DNA of 64,000 nucleotides from Eledone cirrhosa (lineage: Eukaryota): contig OZ024755.1 of the NCBI GenBank assembly GCA_964016885.1, positions 34,968,001 to 35,032,000 of the forward strand, read 5' to 3'. Below, in pieces: positions 25,680-38,243 of this stretch. Within the stretch, counting starts at the first letter, position 1, and every line of letters begins with the position of its first letter. The notes below the pieces were generated by a model, which did not search any database, was not told where the DNA came from, and was given only the letters and a program-made list of their open reading frames with translations. A program made the position numbers and the translations under genes.

Positions 25680-26115
<436 letters not shown>

Positions 26116-26281
26116 AATGGCTTCTACAGGACTAGAAATGTTTCATTCCGATTGAAACAAATTTATGTATATATCTGTCATCATCATCATTATTTAACGT
26201 CCATTTTCCGCACTAGCATATATACATATATATACATGCTAGCATGGAAAATGGACATCAAATAGTGATGATATATATATA

Positions 26282-26530
26282 TGGTTGCATTTTAAAAGGG
26301 TACGTCAAAGATATTTGTAAAACTGTTATATATTGTATTTTGTCTGATGAAGGCATACCATAATTTAATGTGGTATCCCTGAAATATGTATAATGAAATA
26401 AATATGGTTTTATAAATATAGTTTCCATTTATTAATATCGTATATCTACTCCAAAAACTTGTTGAGTGCTTTATATCAGTTATAAAAATATTTACTTGTA
26501 TCCCAACAACTTTAAATAGAACTTTTGTAT
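26282..26530 (+). mobile_element. Hammerhead-bearing mini-element (HHR at 26337-26400); same family as 34741-35206
   Basis: UUUUGU-CUGAUGA-AGGCAUACCA...UGGUAUCCCU-GAAA-UAUGUA-UA|AUGAAA. Confidence 0.72.
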
Positions 26531-27029
26531 ATATATATATATATATATTTAATACATTAACAGAGAAAGCCTTAAGCGATACTCTGACCAACTCCATCTC
26601 ACTCAACAAACATTAGTATATACCTAAGTATTTTCCCAATTTAGTGTTTGGGGTGCTAACTAATCAGTATTTCGTGGAGAGCTGGTTGTATTATTTTATA
26701 TGAGACATAATTAAATAAATATCCCTTTCCTTCCAGTTACTGTAGGTTCATATATATTTGTATATTGTCGGGTCGTTGGCGACTAAACTGGTAACCCCAC
26801 CACGGTTTCTTGGTGAGGAGGGTGACTTTGGACATCCTGCAGGACTAAAAACAAAACCTGTCAAAGGGCAAAGGAGCTCTTAAGAGTTAATGGCCATCCA
26901 AAATCACCGGGAGAGATGACCCCTTAAGCCTTTGTCAAGGCAGAATTCTAGGAGAAGGAAAACTCTGATATAACACCTGCAACCCTGATGGTATCCAATG
27001 ATGTTGACTTCTTCTTCTTTTTGGTAAAT

Positions 27030-27316
27030 ATCATCTTGGTTAAGAGAGTGGGACTGGCTTTGTGCAGTGCCTTTGCTCACTATAAAAGCTTCACGGCACA
27101 GGCATTGCTTTATATCTGGAGATCTCTCTGCACTTGTCGTCACATGGTACCATGGGCCCAGTACTATGTGTCAGTAATTGTCACAAGTGTAGTGTTTGTT
27201 CCAGAGTTTTCAAGTCGCTGACTGGACTAAAAAGTCACACTCGTTCAGTGCATCAGTAGGGGTTCTTCTACATGGATATGAAGTAGTGGCCGTACTCGAA
27301 AACGAGTTGGCAGCCA

Positions 27317-27320
<4 letters not shown>
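27030..27320 (-). repeat. Unclassified dispersed repeat; diverged relative at about 56900-57075
   Basis: Shared blocks gcacaggcattgctt and gtactc....gagtt.gcagcca.cat next to (TA)n. Confidence 0.45.
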
Positions 27321-27355
<35 letters not shown>

Positions 27356-27432
27356 AATCCCTCGGTGCCCCAACATGGCTTCAGGTGGATTGCTGGAACA
27401 GGTAAAAGATTAAAAGAGTATATATATATTTA

Positions 27433-27498
27433 ATATAGAAATGGCTTCTACAGGACTAGAACTGTTTCATTCTAATCCTGTAGAAGCCATTTCTATAT
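27433..27498. repeat. Fold-back fragment of the 49535 hammerhead family; related fragments at 26114-26150 and 53581-53612
   Basis: 23-bp inverted arms atatagaaatggcttctacagga / tcctgtagaagccatttctatat. Confidence 0.75.
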
Positions 27499-27541
27499 AT
27501 TGTCGATACACCCGATTGAACCCGGGACAAAATTATATATA

Positions 27542-27677
27542 TGCAATCTTTCGCTCACATATGCGCACACACAGGCATACAATCCCATACACGTACTCAA
27601 TATTTATACGTCAATATTGAGTACGTGTGTGGTTGAATGTGCGTCAGTGTGTGCGCATATGTGAGTGAAAGATCGCA
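27542..27677. repeat. Imperfect palindrome of about 135 bp
   Basis: tctttcgctcacatatgcgcacacac...acacgtactcaatat / atattgagtacgtgt...gtgtgtgcgcatatgtgagtgaaaga. Confidence 0.75.
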
Positions 27678-28204
27678 CATATATGTGTGTATTTATATTT
27701 CCATTTAGACACACATATACTTATGTGTGATTGTATAAGTTTACGTACTATTACGTATATGCGTGAGGTTGTGTATGTTTATGTATTGGGATATTTATAT
27801 ATTTATTCCCCCCAATTTATGCCCATTATCTTATTTCAGCCTCACTTTCATTTATCCTAAACTCTGTTTTCAAATCCATATCCCTTCCATAATAAACATT
27901 TTTTCTGATGAATGAAGGCAGACATAAGTATCTGCCTTCAACAAACCATTGGCAAATGAATTAATCATCTTATGTTGTTTATTACATAAATATATATATA
28001 TATATACATATTGTTTCTGATGAGAATGGTGAAATGGAACTATTGTATATCAAAACTGTTAATATGGAGTTACATAACTGCTAATAATTAGTCAATATAT
28101 TGATATTATTATGGTTTTTTTCAAACAATCGCAAAATAATAAACTAATTAAGCACTAAACCAATACTTTTTGGTTTTCATTTTTGAAATTCAATATATGT
28201 GTGT

Positions 28205-28487
28205 ACAGGAGCCTCCCAAAAGTCAGCTCAAAAGTGACACAGAGGAGACTGAGGTTAGCTGGACATGCTCACCGACATCCAGAGTTGACATTGCACTCAG
28301 TGCACCTGTGGGAGGCCCTACATGAACACACTGGAAGAGGAAGACCAAGGTTAACGTATGTTGATGCCCTAAGGACAGACACTGGTCTGTTGGAGACGCA
28401 GGACATGGCAGCGATAATGAGGGACAGAGACCGCTGGAGAGAACTCGTCCATGGATCTCGGGAATTTTACCCGCCCTAGATAGATAT
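28205..28487 (+). mobile_element. 3' end of a second RTE-clade LINE family
   Basis: LPKVSSKVTQRRLRLAGHAHRHPE...GRGRPRLTYVDALRTDTG...DRDRWRELV; matches the reverse complement of 57091-57360. Confidence 0.88.
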
Positions 28488-28586
28488 ATACTTTAAAACT
28501 CATAGCGAATGGTCTTCTAAATGTTTTAAAATAAACACACAGTATATTACCAAATATACTATACATACATACATATATATATATAA

Positions 28587-28676
28587 AGGCACATGGCTTA
28601 GTCGTTAGAGCATCGGGCTTACAATCTTGAGATTGTGAGTTCAATTCTCTGACCGGGCTTTGTGTTGTGTTCTTGA
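28587..28676 (+). mobile_element. SINE family B head; another head at 36718-36820
   Basis: ggcacatggcttagtcgttagagc...gtgagttcaattctctgaccggg. Confidence 0.75.
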
Positions 28677-28918
28677 AAGGACTTAATCTAGACCTGGATA
28701 AGGTTAAAGCTAAAGTAAGAGTGTGGGTAGTTTGAAGAGGTTTAGGTGTAGATATTGGTTAGAAAGCCTGGATGTGCGGTTTTAAGCAGGTACAATAAAC
28801 TAATATAAATATGAGTTTTAGTGTTCAAAAAAGGGTTATACCAAGAGATACTATGGCTAGATTAAGGTGCAACTATATTGTAGTGTCCTTTATCTTCTGA
28901 GAAGTTGTGTGCCTAGAA

Positions 28919-29272
28919 CAGAGGTTCTCAAAGTAGGTGCTACCTCCCTCCTCCCCCCTGGAGACAATGAAAAGGTCCAGGGGGTTGCTGGGGCCTAAGA
29001 GTGTGATGGGGTGGTAGAGATGATATAATAGTATATTAAATATCAAATGATACATATTATATATAAATATAGTAAAATAGAAAATAAACCCATGCTAGCG
29101 TGGAAGATAGACGTTAAATGATGATGATGATGATGATGATGATATGATATTTATTTATTTATTATATATTATTTACAATTTACTTATAGGCAGATCTCTC
29201 TGGAAATAGGGTTCTGGGAACTGAGGATATTACATGGCCGTGGGGTGGGGCCGAGAAGTTTAAGGACCTCTG
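28919..29272. mobile_element. hAT (Charlie-like) MITE with an 8-bp TSD, containing an RTE tail insertion at 29086-29143
   Basis: TIRs cagaggttctcaaagt and reverse-complement cagaggtccttaaact (13/16). Flanks gcctagaa / gtctagaa fit the NTCTAGAN target consensus. Confidence 0.75.
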
Positions 29273-29354
29273 GTCTAGAAGAGAAAGCTGTATTACTTGT
29301 ATTCAATACAAAATACAGAAGACAGGCTTGTATGAACAGCCATTGTCAGCTTAC

Positions 29355-29993
29355 TTACACTCCCATATACACTGTCACATAGACTGTCACATACACTGTC
29401 ATATACAATCCCATATACACTGTCACATACACTCCAATATACACTGTCATATACACTCCAATATGCACTGTCATATACACTGCCATATACACTGCCATAC
29501 ACACTGCCATATACATTGTCACATACACTGCCACATAGACTGTCACATGCACTGTCATATACAGTCCCATATACACTGTTACATACACTGTCATATACAC
29601 TCCCATATACACTGTCATATATGCTGCCATATACACTTCCATACACATTCCCATATACACTGTCATATACTCTCCCATATACACTGTCATATACGCTGTC
29701 ATATACACTGTCATATACACTGTCATATACACTGTCATATACACTCCCATACACACTGTAATATACACTCCCATATACACTTCCACACAAACTGTCATAC
29801 ACACTCCCGTATACACTCCCATATACACTTACATATACATTTTCATATACACTTACATATATATACAGTCCATACACACTCCCATATACACTTCCATACA
29901 CACTCCCATATACACTCCCGTATACACTTCCATATACATTTCCATATACACTTACATATATATACAGTCCATACACACTTCCATATACACTTC
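29355..29993. repeat. 12-bp minisatellite (catatacactgt / catatacactcc)
   Basis: Read directly; 4-aa periodicity in the ORF track. Confidence 0.92.
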
Positions 29994-30559
29994 CTTTATT
30001 TTAATACTACCACTTCCAGTAGCTTGCCTGTTGTTAATAAGACACAGACTGTAAGTACATACATCTATATCACACTTCTCCCTCTTCATCTTACAAGAAA
30101 AAATAATATCAAATAAAATAAATTCTTTTAGTTGTGTTAACACAAGTTGAAATTACAGACTGTTCTCTTGCACAGAAGCTGTGATAACTTGAAAAAGACA
30201 GATTAAAACTGCTTGGGAAAGTTATTTCTTAATTTTACCTTCTTTATAGAATTATATGAACTGAGATTTTTTTTTTAAACCAGAAATTAGATTAAATAAA
30301 AAGAAAGTTTCATGTGTGTTGTTCCAAATAATATGTTATTAAGTTGGAAATTCCAGCAGCTTTTATTTTAAAACATAGCCATTAAATCTTTTTGACATTT
30401 CTATGGAACACAGTAGATTGTGCCTGGTTAGCTGAGGTGATGCTTGGAACAGGTATAGGCTGACATGGACATCTTGGTTGGAGTGGGAAACCATTTGTTG
30501 ATGTTGTTAGTGTTAGGCCTATCCAGATGGCTCAAGTACGGTTACTCTGGGATCAGTCT

Positions 30560-31763
30560 AGAGGATATAAGCTGACAGAGACACGTGACTGCAATCTCTG
30601 GCGCTAGATACAGTACTACAGAAGACCCGCCCTGCCATGTGCTAGAGCTCAGACATATATCTTATAGGCAACAACTTCCTCCTCCTCCTCCTCCCCTTCC
30701 ATATACCTCTCTTTGTAATAACCATCCCTCCCCTATTACCTACGGCCGCAATTTCCCCAAGCTAACCCTCCCTCCCTAGTTCCCATCCCACACCATGTAG
30801 TGGCCCCCCCAGGTGTCAGGACAAAAAGGACCCAGTCCACACTGTAAAGTGGTTGTGTCGGTATCAATACAAAAGCACCCAGTCCACACTGTAAAGTGGT
30901 CGTGTTGGCAGCATGACAAAAGCACCCAGTCCACACTGTAAAGTGGTCGTGTCAGCGGCATGACAAAAAGCACCCAGTTCACACTGTAAAGTGGTCGTGT
31001 CGGCGGCATGACAAAAAGTGCCCAGTCCACACTGTAAAGTGTTGGTGACATGACAAAAAACACCCAGTCCACACTGTAAAGTGTTGGTGACATGACAAAA
31101 GACACCCAGTCCACACTGTAAAGTGTTGGTGACATGACAAAAAACACCCAGTCCACACTGTAAAGTGTTGGTGACATGACAAAAAACACCCAGTCCACAC
31201 TGTAAAGTGTTGGTGACATGACAAAAAACACCCAGTCCACACTGTAAAGTGTTGGTGACATGACAAAAAGTGCCCAGTCCACACTGTAAAGTGTTGGTGA
31301 CATGACAAAAAACACCCAGTCCACACTGTAAAGTGTTGGTGACATGACAAAAAGTGCCCAGTCCACACTGTAAAGTGTTGGTGACATGACAAAAAACACC
31401 CAGTCCACACTGTAAAGTGTTGGTGACATGACAAAAAACACCCAGTCCACACTGTAAAGTGTTGGTGGCATGACAAAAAACACCCAGTCCACACTGTAAA
31501 GTGCTTGTGTTGGTGGCATGACAAAAAGTGCCCAGTCCACACTGTAAAATGGTTGTGTTGGTGACATGACAAAAAACACCCAGCACACACTGTAAATGTA
31601 ATTGGCATTAGGAAGGGCATCCAGCTGTAGAAACGAAACCAAAATCAGCCCCGGGTGAGCAAAAGACGTTCCTCTGACCTGTCTCTCTCCAAAAGGATCA
31701 ACCCATCCTACCCATGCTAGCATGGAAAATGGATGTTAAATGATGATGATGATGATGATGATG
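30560..31763 (+). mobile_element. Degenerate RTE 3' end whose UTR repeat is expanded into about 18 units of 42-48 bp (30810-31598), followed by the normal UTR end and (GAT)n
   Basis: Upstream ...TRDCNLWR / VLQKTRP resembles [15 protein letters not shown]. The array runs into gtaaatgtaattggcattaggaagggcatcc...cccatgctagcatggaaaatgga(tga)n. Confidence 0.85.
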
Positions 31764-31880
31764 AACATATTGGATGGAGTAGTGACTTGTTTGATGTTGT
31801 TAGTGATAGATGCTGATGGTTCGGTAGGGGTACTGGCATTTCTCACTGTGAAGCTAAAGGCTTTATGTTTGGGACAGTAT

Positions 31881-32235
31881 GGGTAGGGCAGTGGATTGGC
31901 AGTATTGGTAGGGTAGGGCAGTGGATTGGCAGTCTTGGTAGGGTAGGGTAGGGTAGGGCAGTGGATTGGCAGTATTGGTAGGGTAGGGCAGTGGATTGGC
32001 AGTCTTGGTAGGGTAGGGCAGTGGATTGGCAGTCTTGGTAGGCTAGGGTAGGGTAGGGTAGGGTAGGGCAGTGGATTGGCAGTATTGGTAGGGTAGGGCA
32101 GTGGATTGGCAGTCTTAGTAGGGTAGGGTAGGGTAGGGTAGGGCAGTGGATTGGCAGTATTGGTAGGGTAGGGCAGTGGATTGGCAGTATTGGTAGGGTA
32201 GGGCAGTGGATTGGCAGTATTGGTAGGGTAGGGCA
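31881..32235 (+). repeat. 30-bp G-rich tandem array built from the SINE-A 5' end, with (GGGTA)n expansions
   Basis: Unit gggtagggcagtggattggcagtattggta; the last unit continues into the SINE body. Confidence 0.9.
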
Positions 32236-33415
32236 GTGGATTGGCAGTATTGGTAGAGTCGGACACCATGCTTTGCAGCACAGAGTTATGGCCCTTTGTG
32301 TTCTGAGTTCAAATCCTGCCGAGGTTAACTTTGCCTTTCATCCTTACTGGGTTGATAAAATAAAGTACCAGTAATGTACTGCGGTCGATTTAACCCTTTA
32401 GCATTCAAACCGACTGTATCCGGCCAGAATTCTCTCACCTCTACTGTTCAAACCAGCCATAACTGGCCACTCAGACCAATGTTAAAGTATTGTTCTTAAA
32501 ATGAATAATATCAAAATCTCATAAATTTGATATTATGTGAGATAATAATTGTTTCTACGTTAGGCACAAGGCCAGCAATTACCCAGTGCATTACTGGTAC
32601 TTTATTTTATCAACCCCGTAAGGATGAAAGGCAAAGTTAACCTTGGCGGGTTTTGAACTCAGAATGGCAAAGGCCGTAACTCTAAACATCAAAGCATGGC
32701 GTCCAACCCTCTACCGATACTGCCAATTCACCGCCATTATGTGAGATAATAATTGTTTCTACTTTAGGCACAAGGCCAGCAAATTACCCAGTGCATTACT
32801 GGTACTTTATTTTATTGAGCCCCGTAAGGATGAAAGGCAAAGTCAACCTCAGTGGGATTTGAACTCAGATCGTAAAAGGACGTAACTATGCTGGAAAGCA
32901 TGGCGTCCGACCCTCTACCGATACTGCCAATCCACTGCCATTATGTGAGGTAATAATGTAAGGTAAAGCCTTCACCACGAAAATACAATAGTATCATCAT
33001 CACCGTTTTACGTCCATTCTTCCATGCTAGCATGGGTTAGACGGGTTGTCCTGTTGTGTGCAGTGTCTGGTCGGCTGACCATGCCTTGCTCATACAGGAA
33101 CTGATTTGGCTTGATTTCTACAGCTGGATGCCCTTCCTAACACCAACCTCATTTACAGTGAGTGCTGGGTGCTTTTTCGTGGCGCCTACACGTCCACTTT
33201 ACAGTGTGGGCTGGGTGCTTTTTTGCCGTGGCACCTCCACGACCACCTTGCAGTGGGAGGGTGTGGGGGCATATTGTCTATATGCTTCAGCTTGTACCCA
33301 TGGGAGGTCGGGTACTCTGTATTTTTATATAGAGAATAATGCAAATGCTAAAGGGTTAATGGACTTTCCCGTCCCCCAAATTACTGGCCTTGTGCCTATA
33401 CTAGAAATCGTTATA
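32232..33415 (+). mobile_element. SINE family A split by a piggyBac-like MITE (5' part 32232-32393, 3' part 33360-33415)
   Basis: A box tggcagtattgg, B box gagttcaaatcc, body gcctttcatcctt...aagtaccagt; after TTAA it resumes with ...ccaaattactggccttgtgccta. Confidence 0.82.
32394..33355. mobile_element. piggyBac-like MITE (TTAA TSD, TIR ccctttagcatt) holding two SINE-A copies (32546-32735 and 32750-32939, -) and an RTE 3'UTR (32994-33320, -)
   Basis: ttaa|ccctttagcatt ... aatgctaaaggg|ttaa; internal sequence matches the uninterrupted copy at 46274-46480. Confidence 0.85.
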
Positions 33416-33544
33416 TATGTAGTGTTTCAAAGATCTTTAGAAGTTTGAGGCAGTGTTTCTCATGACTATGGAGGTGTGGTGTTGTTGCTAGCTTTATATG
33501 AAACAATGACAGTCCTTTTACTCTGGTTAGTGTTGTTATTGATA

Positions 33545-33903
33545 ATGGTGATGATGATGAGGCATTATGATGATGATGATTCCTGTTATGATGATGTATA
33601 GATTGTATTGGTGGTGGTGGTAGTGGTAGTGATGGTGGTAGTGATGGTGGTGGTGGTGGTGGTAGTGATGGTGGTGGTAGTGATGGTGGTGGTAGTGATG
33701 GTGGTGGTAGTGATGGTGGTGATAGTGGTGGTGGTGGTGGTGGTGATGGTGGTGGTGGTGGTGGTGATGGTGGTAGTGGTGGTGGTGGTGGTAGTGGTGG
33801 TGGTGGTGGTGGTGGTGGTGGTAGTGGTGGTGGTGGTAGTCATAGTGGTGGTACTAGGTGGTGATGATTAAAAAGACAACAACAACAACAACAACAACAA
33901 CGA
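33545..33903. repeat. (GAT)/(GGT)/(GTA) and (CAA) microsatellites
   Basis: Read directly from the sequence. Confidence 0.93.
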
Positions 33904-34701
33904 TAATGGTAAAAATGGCAGCAGACTTTTCAAACTACATATGGAAATAACTGGATTAGAGTGACTCTGATAAGTGGAGTGGAAGTCCAGATGGAAAATG
34001 TCTGATACTCTTGATCAACCTTTAATGTCAAAGAATGTTCCTGACAGTTAAGTAACAAATATCGCATACCACAAAATTTTACTGCATGACAATAAAAATA
34101 TGCCTAAGAGCATAAGAAGAACTTTCCATAAGATAATGTAACCTACATTGAACTTAAACTACTTGCCTCATCCATTCTCGAAACAAAATATCTCGTAATG
34201 GGACAAACATTTGTTGTTTTTTTTCTTTCTTTTATTTCTTTCTCCTCTTCATTAGAATTCTGGATCACTGCATTGGCAAGATTCAGTTAATGATTGAACA
34301 TTGAAGGTCAACTAGTAGCCTAGACATTATACAGTATTGTAATTGTTATCTGAGTTGTTCAACACCAGCATAATGGCTGATTTAGAAAGATGAGCTAACA
34401 TATGATTTCATATGCTTCACTATCTTGGCATATTCATTTCCCTGCTTTGAATGTCATTTAGAAATATCTGTTGGTATCAGTCACTAATGAAGGAAATGCT
34501 CATTGTTAGAATTCTTGCTATGAAATACTGTTTATCTAGTGCAAATGTTTTTGATAAGATTTCTTGCAGAGAAAGTAACTTTGCAAGTGTATATGAGGAG
34601 ACTCTGGCAGTATGTGATGTGTCAATCAGCCTGCCTATCTATCTATCCATCTGTTTGTTTGTTTGTCGGTCTGCATGTTTGGGCTGTCTGTCTGTGTGTA
34701 G

Positions 34702-34740
<39 letters not shown>

Positions 34741-34744
<4 letters not shown>

Positions 34745-35206
34745 AAAGTTCTATTTAAATTGTTGGGATACAACAAGCAAATATTTTTATAACTGATATA
34801 AAGCACTCGACAACTATTTGGAGTAAATATACAATATTAACAAATGGAAACTATATTTATAAAACCATATCTATTTTATTATACATATTTCAAGGATACC
34901 ATGTTAAATTATGGTATGCCTTCATCAGACAAAATACAATATATACCAGTTTTATAAATAAACATTGACGTACCCTTTCAAAATGTAACCGTTACTTTTG
35001 GAAGACTATCCTGATGTCTTCCTGATGTCTTCCAAAAGTAACGGTTGCATTTTGAAAGGGTACGTCAATGTTTATTTATAAAACTGGTATATATTGTATT
35101 TTGTCTGATGAAGGCATACCATAATTTAACATGGTATCCTTGAAATATGTATAATAAAATAGATATGGTTTTATAAATATAGTTCCCATTTGTTAATATC
35201 GTATAT
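34741..35206. mobile_element. Fold-back mini-element: 180-bp arms (34827-35006 / 35027-35206) carrying a hammerhead on each strand
   Basis: Near-perfect inverted repeat in (TA)n; same family as 26282-26530. Confidence 0.82.
35098..35160 (+). ncRNA. Type I hammerhead ribozyme; mirror copy at 34873-34935 (-)
   Basis: AUUUUGU-CUGAUGA-AGGCAUACCAU-aauuuaac-AUGGUAUCCUU-GAAA-UAUGUA-UA|AUAAAAU. Confidence 0.75.
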
Positions 35207-35375
35207 ATATATATATATATATATTAATATATTTAACTTTTCAGCCATTAACTATATATACATACATATATATTTATACAGATATACTTCTTATATGTAT
35301 GTATTATATATATATATATATATACTCTCAGGTTTTAAATAATCGTGTGTATATTTTCTTCTCTCTTTACTGTAT

Positions 35376-35406
<31 letters not shown>

Positions 35407-35412
35407 TTATAT

Positions 35413-35660
35413 TGAGCAAGACACTTTATTTCACATTGCTCCAGTTTACTCAGCTGTAGAAATGAGATGATAGGGACTGGGGTCCCTATCATTCCACTGC
35501 AAAGTGGTCGTGGAGGTACCACGGCAAAAAAGCACCCAGCACTCACTGTGAATGAGGTTGGTGTCAGGAAGGGCATCCAGCTGTAGAAATCAAGCCAGAA
35601 TCAATTCCCGTCCCACCCTTGCAAGCAGGGGAAAAGCGGACGTAAAATGATGATGATGAT
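35413..35660 (+). mobile_element. SINE family B, 5'-truncated
   Basis: Matches 17782-18031. Confidence 0.88.
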
Positions 35661-37019
35661 ATATATACACATATATATATACACGCACATATATATATAT
35701 ATGTGTGTGTCTTTGTTCATTTTACATAATCTCATACACACACGTATACTCAAACACACCCAATACACACACACAGACACTATATAAGGACTATATGATG
35801 ATGATGATGATGATCATCATCATCATCATCATCATCATCACTTTAGCAATAATTTTCCAGTTTGTGTGGGTTGGATAAGTTTACAGAACAGAAGCTTACT
35901 ATCCATCTATATTGTGTACAACATAAATCTGTCCAACTTGCGGGTAAATTCTATTTATGTATATGTTTTTCAAAATTGTTTTGTTTGAAACCTTCAAATT
36001 TATAATTTTTACTGCTCACATAATTTAATTGTTTGTACTTTATCTTTTAGGAATGGTAATTTATTAGTTTCATATTTGCTGAGTATAAATCATTTGCTTC
36101 AGTGCAATGTGAATGGAAGACATGGTTTATTGGCAAACCAACAGCACATTACAACACTACAACATACTATAAGCATTACATAAAAACTGTTATACTACAG
36201 GTGCTGCTTTACTATTAAATTAACCCCCCAAAATTGGTCACTACACATTTAATGGAAAAAAGTTGTGTGTGTGTGTGTATATATTTATATGTGAGTGTGT
36301 GTATATGTATATATGTGTGTGTGTGTGTGTGTATATATATATGTGAGTGTGTGTGTATATATAAACCCATGCTAGCGTGGAAGATAGACGTTAAACGACG
36401 ATGATGATGTGTGTGCGTGTGTGTGTATATATATGTGTGTATATATGTGTATATATATGTGTGTGTGTGTGTATATATATATGAGTGTGTGTGTGTGTAT
36501 ATATATATATAAACCCATGCTAGCGTGGAAGATAGACGTTAAACGACAATGATGATGATGATGATGTGTGTGTATGTGTATATGTGTCTGTATATATATA
36601 TATATATGAGTGTGTGTATATATGTGTGTGTATATATAGGTGTGTGTGTATATATGTGTGTGCGTGAGTGAGTGAGTGTGTGTGTATGTGTATATATATA
36701 TATATATATATATAAGTGAAGGTGCGTTGCTCAGTGGTTAGAGAATTGGATTGGACTCGCAATCGTGAGGTTGTGAGTTCAATTCCCAGACCGGGCATAC
36801 ACTTTATTTGACGTTGCTCCTTCTACCTGGATTTGTGACTGTTAGACAGTACTAGCAATTGGAAAGACCAATGGAAACATTGTTTCCTCGGTCCGATTTG
36901 AGGAAAGTCGATCGACTGTCGATATATATAATAGAAAAAAAACGAAGTTTTATTTCTATATAAAAGATATTTATTGTGTATTGATCTGTTACTTTACAGA
37001 GGATTAGCTCAGGGTAATC

Positions 37020-37200
37020 CACACTGTAAATGTGGTTGGTGTTAGGAAGGGCATCCAGCCGTAGAAAGCCTGCCAGATAGTCCTATACGAGTGAGACACG
37101 GTCACCCGACCAACCTTGCCTCAAGTGGCACAACTCCCATCTAACCCATGCTAGCGTGGAAGATGGACATTAAACGATGATGATGATGATGATGATGATG
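37020..37200 (+). mobile_element. RTE 3'UTR fragment; others at 43790-44012 (-), 51586-51945 (-), 52355-52575 (-) and 60400-60582 (+)
   Basis: Shared ggtgttaggaagggcatccag and cccatgctagc...(gat)n blocks. Confidence 0.85.
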
Positions 37201-37361
37201 TAACCCACAGGAGTGAATAGTATGGTTATCAACAGTTATCTATGGCTATCTAGATATATGTCTGTGTGACTACACAGAGAGAGTTGTTTTTGCCCAATTG
37301 CTATGTCCTTGTACATATCTCTCTCTTCAGACCATAAAAACATCAATCTATAAAAACATCT

Positions 37362-37537
37362 TTCTATTCAAACTGGCCATTACTGGCTGCTCATACTTAT
37401 GTTAAGGTATTGTTTTCAAAATAGATAATATCAAAATCTCGTAGATTCGATATTATGTGGGATAATTATGTGAGATAAAGTGTTTATCGTGAAAATACAA
37501 TAGAAAATATTGAGCAATATAAATACTAAAGGGTCAA
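37362..37537. mobile_element. Partial, diverged piggyBac-like MITE (same family as 46274-46480)
   Basis: atatcaaaatctc...gatattatgtg...aaatactaaagggtcaa. Confidence 0.65.
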
Positions 37538-37574
37538 CCCGGTGTCTATCTAGGTGTCTATCTATCTTTCTATC

Positions 37575-38243
37575 ACGGGCGCCCGGGCAGGGATCCCTCG
37601 AAAAAGATTTGCCCTAGATGCGTGCGTCGTGAAGAAACCGTTGCGCATGCATTGGTGCAATGACCGGGCGTGGCTGATCTGTGGGGCTATGCCGAACGAC
37701 TGCTGTCGCGGGTGGCGCCGATTCGATTGACCGCCGAGTCCGTGATGACAATCAAGCCGCCTCCCCTCTTCACAAAGGAAGCAAAGGCGGTTTTTCTGTG
37801 CGTAATAGCCATGTTGAAAGAGGTTGTTTGGTGGACACGATTGAAAGGTCTGAGGTCAGGCAACTTCCTCTCTGGCCATAGTCTGGTCTACTTCTTCCGA
37901 TATCACTTCAGAAGAAGGATAAGAATGGAGAGAGAGGTGCTTGGCCACAGGCAGTTTTATGAAAGGTGGGTGATAGTGGTGAGAATGGCTCGTGTAAATG
38001 GGCCTTCTCTGTATACCATCCTGTAGGTAAAGAAGTGAAGGAGAGGGGAGCACCTTCTCCATGTGCTCCCCGGGCAAAGGATTGCACACTTTTTCGGGGG
38101 TGTGTGCAACCCCCATCACGTCCCCTCCCTTTTGAGGTTGTTTTCGATTATTTTCATTTTATACACTTTTTACTCGATTGTATGTAAACTCCCCCTTTGT
38201 ATTTGTCCCTTCTTTTTATGCCTTTATGGTAAATAAAGAAATA
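37575..38243 (+). mobile_element. 5'-truncated Tx1/L1-group LINE 3' end with a CCHC zinc knuckle and a 16-bp TSD
   Basis: In frame with ORF 37670-38026: KICPRCVRREETVAHALVQ*PGVADLW. Pyrimidine-rich UTR and aataaagaaa end; flanks tatctatctttctatc (37559-37574) and tatctatctttctgtc (38244-38259). Confidence 0.8.

Noticed and set aside
26765-26945. HDV-like ribozyme or LINE 5'UTR
   Set aside because: The segment is GC-rich and TE-like, but I could not build the nested double pseudoknot by eye; it needs an RNArobo or Infernal search.
31881-32235. Interstitial telomeric repeat
   Set aside because: The motif is GGGTA, not TTAGGG, and it derives from a SINE junction.
36820-36930. Hammerhead at gaaagtcgatcgactg
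   Set aside because: There is no CUGANGA at a suitable position, and the base at the cleavage position would be G.
37661-37663. TGA at the last Cys of the LINE CCHC knuckle read as selenocysteine
   Set aside because: A single TGY-to-TGA change in a 5'-truncated dead copy is sufficient, and I recognised no SECIS. Revisit only if the family consensus has TGA.
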